Part shown: positions 21,077 through 28,996 of the stretch, one piece after another
How the letters are laid out: each line of letters begins with the position of its first letter
How positions within the stretch are numbered: position 1 is the stretch's first letter
The notes under the pieces: generated by a model
Told to the model about the DNA's origin: nothing
The model's database searches: none
The model's input: the letters and a program-made list of their open reading frames with translations, nothing else
From: an uncultured Gemmatimonadales bacterium
Lineage (GTDB): Bacteria > Gemmatimonadota > Gemmatimonadetes > Gemmatimonadales > GWC2-71-9
Reading direction: 5' to 3'
DNA: 64,000 bases
Assembly (NCBI GenBank): GCA_963812085.1
Contig: CAWETL010000003.1
Location: 849,706-913,705, forward strand
Program-made: the position numbers and the translations under genes

Positions 21077-21856
21077 CTAGGGCTCAACCCCGAATCGGAA
21101 GAGCACCCAATAGCAGCCCACACCGAGGCTGACGATGGCGCCGACACAGAGCGCGAGGACTGGGGCGAGGCGGCGGTCGAGCTCAGGCACCTTCGCGCGA
21201 GCGTAGCCACGTAGACAAACCGCATAGGCAGCGAAAGCCAAGAGAATGCCGGCAACAAGGTCGGCGACGTAATGCTGCTTGGTGAACAGCGTGGAAACGG
21301 CGACTAGCGTAGCGCACGATACGGCGATGAACCCAAGCGTACGATGCACCCGCCAGCAGGCGAGCCCTGAGACGAAGGAGTGCGCGACGTGGAGCGAAGG
21401 AAAGCAGTTGTAGGGAGGGTCGGCGCTGTAAAGGAATCGTAGCCCCCAGACGGCGAAGCCCTTCCCCGTCACCGCGTCCGGCCGCGAGGCCACGGTCGGA
21501 TAAAGGATGAAGCAGATGTACGCCACAATCCACACCGTTAGGTACGCCCACACGGTGCGGCGAATCAGTTCTTCCTGCTGGATCACGAACACCGGCAGCA
21601 CGATAAGGAAGGCGTAGAGCGCTCCATAGACCAGCGCCCACGTTGGTACGAGGGGCAGGAGCCGGTCCAACGCCAGCGCCGGCGCGTGCGCCACACCGGC
21701 ACGGGCTCGGCCCGCTATGACGAGGTAGATGGGGACCAGCGAAACGAGCAGGACCATTGGAATCGTCACCCGGTACGGTCGGTTAAGCGCCTGCCCGACG
21801 GTGCTCCAGGTGATGCGGATGCCATCGGGAGTACTGGTCAACGGATCGCGTCTCAC
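21077..21856 (-). CDS. PAP2-superfamily membrane phosphatase/phosphotransferase, cassette-borne
   Basis: Multi-TM protein with FPSLHVAHS and TKQHYVADLVAG (PAP2 C2/C3-like motifs). Stop is 9 nt from the attC box. Confidence 0.7.
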   Translation of the reverse strand: MRRDPLTSTPDGIRITWSTVGQALNRPYRVTIPMVLLVSLVPIYLVIAGRARAGVAHAPALALDRLLPLVPTWALVYGALYAFLIVLPVFVIQQEELIRRTVWAYLTVWIVAYICFILYPTVASRPDAVTGKGFAVWGLRFLYSADPPYNCFPSLHVAHSFVSGLACWRVHRTLGFIAVSCATLVAVSTLFTKQHYVADLVAGILLAFAAYAVCLRGYARAKVPELDRRLAPVLALCVGAIVSLGVGCYWVLFRFGVEP

Positions 21857-21881
21857 AGGGCCTCACGATGGTCCGAAGCGC

Positions 21882-22012
21882 GGCCTAACGAAACGCGCAT
21901 CAGCTGCGAGGGCGCTGCGCGGCAGCCGCCGCGCCGTCCTCGGTTAGAACCTACGGCGCGGCGGCTGCCAGCAGCCAGCGCGCCCTCGTCAGCTGCATGC
22001 GCTGGTTAGGCC
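21882..22012 (-). repeat. attC site, 131-bp type
   Basis: GGCCTAAC...GGTTAGGCC long imperfect hairpin. The TAA of ORF 22006..22530 lies inside the box. Confidence 0.75.
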
Positions 22013-22530
22013 GCACCATCCCACCGGTCTCGTCGAATCATTGGGACTAGGTCTCGGATCGCGGCGACCGAGGTGAGAGCCCCAGCCGCGAAGATCCATG
22101 TGAACAAGCCAACCGCTCCACCAATGCCTCCGGCGCCTATCGCGAGCATGCCCCACTCGCCGATGACCCGAGGCAAAGGGAGTTGGCCCAGCACAAATCC
22201 GATTGCCCCAGCGGCCACGGCCCACGGCAGTGCAGAAGCCATTGCGTCAGGGCCGCGCGAGTTTGCAAGCGGCTTGGAGCGCAGCCAATGAGCGCCAGTA
22301 ACAAGGAGAGCGGCGGAGACAGGCAGGGGCCATCCGAGGAGTCCGCGAACCAACAACGCAATTGAGAGAACTGCACCAAACGCCAATAGGACGCAAAGCA
22401 AGATGAGCGCCCTTTTGGACCAGCCGCTTCCTCCGTCTCCACCGCGATTCCAGAACGCTGGCGGCTGGGGTGGCCCGCCGCTCGCCGTCGCTTGCTTCCG
22501 CACTGGCGGCGGCAATGGTTGGGACCGCAT
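22006..22530 (-). CDS. Hypothetical 4-TM membrane protein, cassette-borne
   Basis: Hydrophobic segments ALILLCVLLAFGAVLSIALLV, VSAALLVTGAHWL, AVAAGAIGFVLG, GMLAIGAGGIGGAVGLFTWIFAAGAL. Start uncertain. Confidence 0.5.
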   Translation of the reverse strand: MRSQPLPPPVRKQATASGGPPQPPAFWNRGGDGGSGWSKRALILLCVLLAFGAVLSIALLVRGLLGWPLPVSAALLVTGAHWLRSKPLANSRGPDAMASALPWAVAAGAIGFVLGQLPLPRVIGEWGMLAIGAGGIGGAVGLFTWIFAAGALTSVAAIRDLVPMIRRDRWDGAA

Positions 22531-22619
22531 TCCTGCAATGGCTGGCCCTTCACACGGAGTGCGCAGGATCGTCGAGGACGTGGCGGCATCAGCGCGCCGA
22601 GTCAGCGGACGCTGGTGTC

Positions 22620-22750
22620 GGCCTAACGACTGCGCATCAGCTGCGAGGGCGCTGCGCGGCAGCCGCCGCGCCGTCCTCGGTTAGCAACCTACGGTGCGGC
22701 GGCTGCCAGCAGCCAGCGCGCCCTCGTCAGCTGCATGCGCTGGTTAGGCC
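22620..22750 (-). repeat. attC site, 131-bp type
   Basis: Near-identical to 21882-22012 and 23257-23387. Confidence 0.75.
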
Positions 22751-23256
22751 GCAGCCATCCAGAGCTGACCGACCGTCGGCGTGCCCAGTCGCCAGATGGC
22801 GAGCCGCTGACGCAGTGCGACTTGCAGCAATCCAGCGATCCAGGCAGCCGCAATGTCGACCGCACAGCGACGTCAGCCCCGATCAGCAGGAGCCCGCCGA
22901 TGGAGTCGGCGACGCCGTACTCGCCGAGCCGTCAGCGACGCGAACTCCGTCCGCGATCGGCTGACGCGGACCAGCTCGAAGCACGCTGATCGGCCGTCGG
23001 ACGACGATCGCCGGCAGTGCAGCCGCTCGACACGCGAGCTGATACCGCTGAGCGGTCAACGGCGCAGTGCGGCGCATCGCCGGCCTTCGAAGGTCGACGC
23101 GGCATCCGCGAGCGTCATCGGCGAGAGCGCTGGACGCCTCGCAGGCGGCCAGCGGATGGATCGCATGGCTCGGTGCCGACGGCGACTCGAGTGAGCTGAG
23201 CGTCGGGCCTGAGAGGCAGCGCGATCCATGGCGTCGCATGCGATCCTGATGGTCGC
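22751..23256 (-). pseudogene. Cassette without an intact ORF (fragments of a small membrane protein in two frames)
   Basis: Minus-strand fragments EYGVADSIGGLLLIGADVAV and AVDIAAAWIAGLLQVALRQRLAIWRLGTPTVGQLWMAAA, the latter ending at the TAA of the attC box. They are separated by a frame change and stops. Confidence 0.35.
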
Positions 23257-23387
23257 GGCCTAACGACTGGCGCATCAGCTGCGAGGGCGCTGCGCGGCAG
23301 CCGCCGCGCCGTCCTCGGTTAGAACCTACGGTGCGGCGGCTGCCAGCAGCCAGCGCGCCCTCGTCAGCTGCATGCGCTGGTTAGGCC
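23257..23387 (-). repeat. attC site, 131-bp type
   Basis: GGCCTAACGACTGGCGCATCAGCTGCGAGGGCGC...GCGCGCCCTCGTCAGCTGCATGCGCTGGTTAGGCC. Confidence 0.75.
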
Positions 23388-23394
23388 GCAGCGC

Positions 23395-23693
23395 TCACCG
23401 ACGCGCCTGCCACCGGCGCGGATCTCGGCGGCCGTGCATGCGGCAATGCACCGACACGCTCCAGGTGACGACGCAATAGATCAAGCAGGGTCAGCCGCCG
23501 GAGTTGGGCACGGACGAATGTCGTCTACGGTCGTGGAGGAATTGCGACAGCGAGCCCGATCGATCGCCGCGAGGACAGTCCGGACCGAGCGGATGACTCG
23601 TGGCCAAGCCGGCTGCTGCGCGTCCTCGAACCACCGATAGGCGCTCGGCGCGAACTCGGCGAGTCTCGGCCGAAGCAACAAGCGCGGCGTCAT
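23395..23693 (-). pseudogene. ParE/RelE-like toxin, frame-disrupted
   Basis: ATG 23693: MTPRLLLRPRLAEFAPSAYRWFEDAQQP...DDIRPC in one frame. C-terminal LIYCVVTWSVSVHCRMHGRRDPRRWQARR in another frame, ending 7 nt from the attC. Confidence 0.4.
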
Positions 23694-23704
23694 GCGCCGC
23701 GCTG

Positions 23705-23910
23705 CTATGCGATCTCGTCGAGAGCATCCTGCCAGGGCTGGCCAGGGGCTCGCATGACTTGGCCAGTGCGGCTCGGCGAGCGCTGAGTCCGCCGCATGGT
23801 CCGAGGCCATCTCGATGCTCGCAGCTCGAGGCATCGCCGAGGAGTTGCTCGGCGAGCTCGATGCGCTCAGCCGGCGTGAGGTGGGAGAAGTCGAAGATGG
23901 GAGCAGCCAT
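23705..23910 (-). pseudogene. Putative addiction-module antitoxin (TIGR02574-like), frame-disrupted
   Basis: ATG 23910: MAAPIFDFSHLTPAERIELAEQLLGD. A plausible C-terminus GQPWQDALDEIA-stop lies in a different frame, 11 nt upstream of the toxin ATG. Confidence 0.35.
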
Positions 23911-24323
23911 AGGCAATGTGGCAAGGAGCTTAGGTTCACGCAAGATCGGGAGGGATGGCGCTGCGGCCTAACGACCATTGTACGGCGAGCGATATCCGCA
24001 TGTGGAGGCAAAGGCTGTGCAGTTTCGCAGCCTAATCCAATGGTATAACTCCTGGGCGAATCCAGAGAGGCTGAACTCGCCGCAGTCGAAGGCGGGGTGC
24101 GAGGAGGCTCGCTCCGTGGAGCCTGCTTGCCGGAGCCGGGGACACATCCTGGCCCCGGATGCCACCTACGCAGATCTCTGGCAATGCGTCGCGAGGCGGC
24201 TCACATGATTTCATGCCCCGGCTGCCCACCACCGAACCCGCAGAGCATCTGGACAATTTCCACGAAGAAGCCCCTGTCTTCCAAACTTCGAAATAGGGGC
24301 TAAATCGTTCTGGCACCGCAAGA

Positions 24324-24406
24324 TGCCCGAGGCGAGAGTCGAACTCGCACGGGGTTGCCCCCGACGGATTTTGAGTCCGTTGCGTCTGCCATTCCGCCAC
24401 TCGGGC
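24324..24406 (-). tRNA. tRNA-Leu (anticodon CAA)
   Basis: Minus strand GCCCGAGTGGCGGAATGGCAGACGCAACGGACTCAAAATCCGTCGGGGGCAACCCCGTGCGAGTTCGACTCTCGCCTCGGGCA. 7-bp acceptor stem, anticodon loop CU-CAA-AA, long variable arm, TTCGA T-loop. No encoded CCA. Confidence 0.9.
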
Positions 24407-24459
24407 GCCGCGGGAGGAAGATGGCCGCGCGGCGGAAGGGACGCAAGAACGGGGCGCTG

Positions 24460-24969
24460 CTAGGGCTGCTGCATCGACGCCGGGCCCCGCATCATGTTCT
24501 GCTGGCGCTGGCGGCGGATCTCCTCGATCCGCGCCATCAACCGCTCCCGCATCACCTGGAACTGCGCCCGCTGCACCGCCGAGAGGTACTTCGCCATCTC
24601 GCGATTCTCGTCCACAAAGGTCTGCGCGTACGTCACCTTGAGCGCCAGCAGCTGGTCCGTGACCTTGGCCACGCTGTCCGAATTGGCGGCCACGCCGGGC
24701 CGGAGCTGTCCCTGGAGCGCCTGCTTGAGCGCCCGTTCGTTGCGCTCCATCGCGCGCCGCTGCTGCGCGTAAGTCTGGAAGGTGGCCCGGAGCTGCGCCG
24801 CCTGCTGGTCGGTGAGGCCCAGCGTCTGCTGCACCTGCGCCCCGAACCGGGTCTCGATCTGCTGGCGCATCTGCTCGGCCGCAGGCGATGCGCTGGTGTC
24901 GTCCTGCGCCCACGCCGCCGGCGCCACGGTCACCGCGAGAAGTACCACCAGCCACACGAGTCGTCGCAT
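24460..24969 (-). CDS. Periplasmic LTXXQ-motif protein (CpxP/Spy/ZraP-like)
   Basis: Signal peptide MRRLVWLVVLLAVTVAPAAWAQ. LTDQQAAQL motif, helical Q/R-rich sequence. Start overlaps the anti-sigma stop. Confidence 0.6.
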   Translation of the reverse strand: MRRLVWLVVLLAVTVAPAAWAQDDTSASPAAEQMRQQIETRFGAQVQQTLGLTDQQAAQLRATFQTYAQQRRAMERNERALKQALQGQLRPGVAANSDSVAKVTDQLLALKVTYAQTFVDENREMAKYLSAVQRAQFQVMRERLMARIEEIRRQRQQNMMRGPASMQQP

Positions 24970-25472
24970 CAGCTCTCCCATTCGCGCGCCACGCGCGCCA
25001 GTTCCTGGTCGTTCAAGTCGTCAAGCGAGGGGGAATCGGCGGTCGAGGTCTCGGTCCACGGCGTCTCGACCGTCTCGAGGACCCGTTCGAGTTCCGCGTC
25101 TCCAAGCCCGTCCAGACCGGGCACGTCCACCGAGAAGGGGGCGGGGGCCACCGGGGCGGCCGGAGCACGGCGCGTCCCGAACGGGACGACGACCAGCGCT
25201 ACGGCGGCCGCCGCGACCGCGACTGCTACCACCCATCGCAACGGACGTCGCGGGCGGACGATCGGCTCGGCCCGGAGCCGCCCGAGGACGCGGGCGGCCA
25301 TCGCGGCGGCGTCGGGCGAGACGCCCTGCGCCACGGCGGCCCCGGCGCCGACGACCGCCCACTCCGCGCGGCAACCGGCGCAGGTACGCACATGCTCCGC
25401 CTCCGCGGCGCTCCACGATGCGGCACCTCGCACGACGGCGGGCATCTTCTCGGACACTTCGTGACAGGTCAT
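24969..25472 (-). CDS. Anti-sigma factor (zf-HC2-type N-terminus, single TM)
   Basis: MTCHEVSEKMPAVVRG...HVRTCAGCRAEW, then TM WVVAVAVAAAAVALVVV. ATGA overlap with the sigma factor stop. Confidence 0.7.
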   Translation of the reverse strand: MTCHEVSEKMPAVVRGAASWSAAEAEHVRTCAGCRAEWAVVGAGAAVAQGVSPDAAAMAARVLGRLRAEPIVRPRRPLRWVVAVAVAAAAVALVVVPFGTRRAPAAPVAPAPFSVDVPGLDGLGDAELERVLETVETPWTETSTADSPSLDDLNDQELARVAREWES

Positions 25473-26017
25473 GGCACCAGCTCCTTCAACCGCGTCATCG
25501 CATGATGGTAGTGCACCCTCGCCGCCCCGACGGTCGTTCCCAGCGCCTCGGCGATCTCCGCGTAGTCGAGTCCCTGCTGCACCCGGAGGAGGAAGACTTC
25601 GCGCTGGAGCCGGGGCAGTTTCGCGAGCCCCGCCTGGATGCGGGTCGCGGTTTCGCTGGCCACCAGCTCGGAGGCCGGGTCGCTGCGGTCGGGGAGGTCG
25701 TGGTCCTCGATCGACAGCACGACCCTTCCCTTCCTTCGGCGGTACGAATCCTTGAGCAGATTCGAGCCGATGCTGAACAGCCAGCTCCGAAACGACGATT
25801 CCTTGCGCCAGCCGGCGATGCCGCGGAAGGCCTTGAAGAACGCCTCCTGGGCCAGGTCCTCGACTTCGCTTGGACCCGCCCCCGCTCCGCAGAGAAACCG
25901 CGCGAGGGCGGACGCGTGCCGCCGGACCAGGTCGGTGGCCGCCTGCTCGCTCCCTCCCTGCCACGCCACCACAAGGGCGGCATCGGATGGCCCGTCGAGC
26001 TCGGTCACGGTGGGCAT
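25469..26017 (-). CDS. ECF (group 4) RNA polymerase sigma factor
   Basis: Region 2 (DLAQEAFFKAFRGIAGWR...SFRSWLFSIGSNL) and region 4 (LPRLQREVFLLRVQQGLDYAEIAEALGTTVGAARVHYHHAMTRL). Confidence 0.85.
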   Translation of the reverse strand: MPTVTELDGPSDAALVVAWQGGSEQAATDLVRRHASALARFLCGAGAGPSEVEDLAQEAFFKAFRGIAGWRKESSFRSWLFSIGSNLLKDSYRRRKGRVVLSIEDHDLPDRSDPASELVASETATRIQAGLAKLPRLQREVFLLRVQQGLDYAEIAEALGTTVGAARVHYHHAMTRLKELVP

Positions 26018-26058
26018 TCAGGGGGCATGGACGCCGATTGAGCCGAGGTGTTAAGCCG

Positions 26059-26106
26059 TTGACCCGAATGGATTGGTCGGATAACTTCCCCCGAACGAAC
26101 GTTCGG
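26059..26106 (+). promoter_or_regulatory. Candidate promoter (TTGACC-17 nt-TAACTT) plus operator-like inverted repeat CCGAACG-aa-CGTTCGG
   Basis: Hexamers at 26059-26064 and 26082-26087. The inverted repeat at 26091-26106 contains the 10-bp perfect palindrome CGAACGTTCG, 8 nt before the TetR ATG. Confidence 0.4.
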
Positions 26107-26113
26107 ACGGATA

Positions 26114-26719
26114 ATGCAACCCTACGACCAACGCCTGGAAACCCTGCTCGCCGCGGCCGCAAAGACATTTGCGGAGCGGGGTTACCACGCCACGTCGATG
26201 CGCGACCTGGCCCGCGCCAGTGGCTTCAGCCTGGCCGGGATGTACCACTACGTGGAGCAGAAGCAGGAACTCCTCTTCCAGATCCAGGACCGATGCTTCG
26301 CCCTGGTGCTGGAGGGGGCCCGGGAGGCCGTCGCCGCCTGCCCCGACCCCGAGTCCCGGCTCCGCGCATTCATCCAGCACCACGTGGTATTCTTCGCCTC
26401 CCACATGGACGAGATGAAGGTCCTCGCCCACGAAGAAGACGAGCTGACCGGCACCATGCGGGCACAGGTCCGCCGGCGCAAGAAGGAATATGTGGGGCTG
26501 CTCGACTCCCTGCTCCAGGACATCCCCGGTCGGCACGCGAACCCGAACATCGCGGCCTACGCGCTCTTCGGCATGATGAACTGGATCTACACCTGGTACC
26601 AACCCGCCGGTCCCGTCTCGCCGGCCGCCCTGGCCGATGAGCTGGCCGCGCTCTTCCTGGATGGCTACATCGCTGCTCACCACGCGACGCCCCGACTGGT
26701 CGCCACGCACGGAGGATGA
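26114..26719 (+). CDS. TetR-family transcriptional regulator
   Basis: HTH region LLAAAAKTFAERGYHATSMRDLARASGFSLAGMYHYV. Confidence 0.85.
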   Translation: MQPYDQRLETLLAAAAKTFAERGYHATSMRDLARASGFSLAGMYHYVEQKQELLFQIQDRCFALVLEGAREAVAACPDPESRLRAFIQHHVVFFASHMDEMKVLAHEEDELTGTMRAQVRRRKKEYVGLLDSLLQDIPGRHANPNIAAYALFGMMNWIYTWYQPAGPVSPAALADELAALFLDGYIAAHHATPRLVATHGG

Positions 26720-26735
26720 CCCCTTGACCGCTACG

Positions 26736-27557
26736 ATGAATCCCCCCCGCCCCGGCGCCCCCGCGCACACCGACAAGGTCCTCGTGAACTACGAGGTCCG
26801 GGACGGCCTGGCCATCATCACGCTGAACGACCCGCCGGCCAACACCTATACGTACGAGATGTTCCGCCAGCTCGACTCGGCCATCCTCGACGCCCGCATG
26901 GCGGACGAGGCGCACGTCATCGTCATCCGCGGGCACGGCGAGAAGTTCTTCTCCGCCGGCGCCAACATCTCGATGCTCAACAGCGTCACCCCGCGCTTCA
27001 AGTACTTCTTCTGCCTCCACGCCAACGAGACCCTCAGCCGCCTCGAGCAGACCCCGAAGCTCACCATCGCGGCGCTCAACGGCCACACCGTCGGCGGCGG
27101 GCTCGAGATCGCCATGGCGTGCGACATGCGGATCGCCTGCCGGAACGCCGGCAAGATCGGCCTGCCCGAGGTGAACCTCGGGGTGCTGCCGGGCACCGGC
27201 GGGACCCAGCGCCTCTGCCGCCTCATCGGCAAGTCGGCGGCCATCGAATTCATGGTGACCGGCGAGACCTTCTCCTTTGAAAAGGCCGAGGAGATGGGGC
27301 TCGTCAACCACGTCTTCGAGAAGGACGGCTACTGGGAGCAGGTGCTGATGTACGCCAAGCAGTTCTGCCCGCCGAACAAGGCGTCCAAGGCCGTCGGCGC
27401 CATCAAGCGGTCGGTACAGTCCGGCATGGACCTCCCCTTCGAGAGCGCGCTGACCCTCGAGCGGGAACTCCAGCAGCAGCTCTTCCAGTCGTCGGACGCC
27501 AAGGAAGGGCTGGCGGCGTACGTCGAGAAGCGGATGCCCGCCTTCGAGGCCAAGTAG
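26736..27557 (+). CDS. Enoyl-CoA hydratase/isomerase (crotonase) family
   Basis: Internal ATG 26736. Shows ITLNDPPANTY, GEKFFSAGANI, LNGHTVGGGLEIAMACD, LPEVNLGVLPGTGGTQRL. Confidence 0.8.
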   Translation: MNPPRPGAPAHTDKVLVNYEVRDGLAIITLNDPPANTYTYEMFRQLDSAILDARMADEAHVIVIRGHGEKFFSAGANISMLNSVTPRFKYFFCLHANETLSRLEQTPKLTIAALNGHTVGGGLEIAMACDMRIACRNAGKIGLPEVNLGVLPGTGGTQRLCRLIGKSAAIEFMVTGETFSFEKAEEMGLVNHVFEKDGYWEQVLMYAKQFCPPNKASKAVGAIKRSVQSGMDLPFESALTLERELQQQLFQSSDAKEGLAAYVEKRMPAFEAK

Positions 27558-27560
27558 TCG

Positions 27561-28996
27561 GTGCGCACCGACCTCTTCATCGGCAACGCCTGGGAGGCCG
27601 CGAGCGCCGGCGGCCGCTTCGACGTGATCAACCCCGCCACCGAGGAAGTGCTGGCCTCGGTGGCGGAGGGCGACGCCGCCGACATCGATCGGGCCGTAAG
27701 CGCCGCCCGCACCTGCTTCGAGTCGGCGGAATGGCGCGGGCTCTCGGCCCGCAAGCGGGGCGCGCTGCTCTACCGCGCCGCGGACCTGCTGGCCGCGCGG
27801 CTGGTCAGGAGATGGCGGAGCTCGAGACCCGGCAGAACGGCAAGCCGCTCTTCGAGTCGAAGATCGACGTGTCGTCCACGGTCGAGACCCTGCGCTACTA
27901 CGCCGGCTGGTGCGACAAGTTCGGCGGCGAGACCGTCCCGGTGGACGGCAACTTCCTGACCTACATCCGGCACGAGCCGATCGGCGTGGTCGGCGCCATC
28001 GTGCCCTGGAATTTCCCGCTCAACCTGGCCGGCTGGAAGTTCGCGCCGGCCTTGGCGGCAGGCTGTACCGTCGTCCTCAAGCCCGCCTCGGAGACGCCGC
28101 TCACGGCGCTCCTGATGGCGGAGATCTTCATGGAGGCCGGGCTGCCCGCCGGCGCGTTCAACGTGGTGCCAGGGCACGGCTCGACGGCCGGCTCCGCGCT
28201 GGTGCGCCACCCGGGCGTGGACAAGATCTCCTTCACCGGCTCCACCAGCGTCGGCCAGCGGATCATGCGCGAGGCCGCCGACACCGTGAAGCGCCTGACG
28301 CTCGAACTCGGCGGCAAGAGCCCCAACATCGTCTTCGCCGACGCCGACATCGCGGCCGCCGTGCGCGGCGCGCAGACCGGCATCTTCTACGGCAAGGGCG
28401 AGGTCTGCGCCGCCGGGAGCCGGCTCCTCGTGGACCGGAAGGTGAAGGACCAGGTGGTCGAGCAGCTCGCGGAGCGCAGCAAGAAGCTCGTCCCCGGCGA
28501 CCCCTTCGACAAGACGACCCGCCTGGGCGCCATCGTCTCGAAGCAGCAGCAGGAGAGCGTGCTCAAGTACATCGGCATCGGCAAGGCGGAGGGCGGCACG
28601 ATCGTGGCCGGCGGCAAGGCCGCCACCGTGAACGGCAAGGGCTACTTCGTGGAGGCCACCGTCTTCGACGGCGTCACGCCGGAGATGACGATCGCCCGCG
28701 AGGAAATCTTCGGCCCCGTGCTCGCCGTCCTCGGCTTCGACGACGAGGAGGAGGCCATCGCGCTGGCCAACCAGTCGATGTACGGGCTGGCCGCCGGCGT
28801 CTGGAGCCGCGACGTCGGCCGTGCGCACCGGGTGGCGCACGCCATCCGCGCCGGCACGGTCTGGGTCAACACCTACAACATGTACGACCCCGGCGCCCCC
28901 TTCGGCGGGTACAAGCAGTCGGGATTCGGCCGCGACCTCGGCCGGACCGCGCTGGAGCAGTACACCGAGAGCAAGACGGTCTGGATCGCCCTGTGA
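27561..28996 (+). CDS. NAD(P)-dependent aldehyde dehydrogenase with an apparent -1 frameshift near 27798-27806
   Basis: N-terminus from GTG 27561 ([29 protein letters not shown]...[11 protein letters not shown]). Continues in the frame of 27731 ([15 protein letters not shown]...PWNFPL...ELGGKSP...GEVCAAGSR). The halves are colinear with a single ALDH. Confidence 0.85.

Larger units (their letters stand above)
19595..23972 (-). mobile_element. Integron-type gene cassette array (six cassettes, attC sites, no intI in window)
   Basis: Repeated RYYYAAC...GTTRRRY-bounded imperfect palindromes, each following one minus-strand ORF. Lower GC than the flanks. See findings. Confidence 0.75.

Noticed and set aside
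21882-23387. The regularly spaced 131-bp repeats as a CRISPR array
   Set aside because: The repeats are far too long and are imperfect palindromes with RYYYAAC/GTTRRRY ends. The 'spacers' are 0.5-0.8 kb and contain ORFs. No cas genes are present.
23973-24323. A hidden intI gene or fragment between the first cassette and tRNA-Leu
   Set aside because: I translated the frames on both strands by eye. No tyrosine-recombinase motifs appeared (no R..H..R..Y boxes and no IntI-specific insertion). The region is also too short for a full integrase.
24032-24955. 307-aa minus-strand ORF crossing the tRNA and the LTXXQ gene
   Set aside because: It overlaps a well-formed tRNA-Leu and reads the LTXXQ gene out of frame. 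Its composition is low-complexity.
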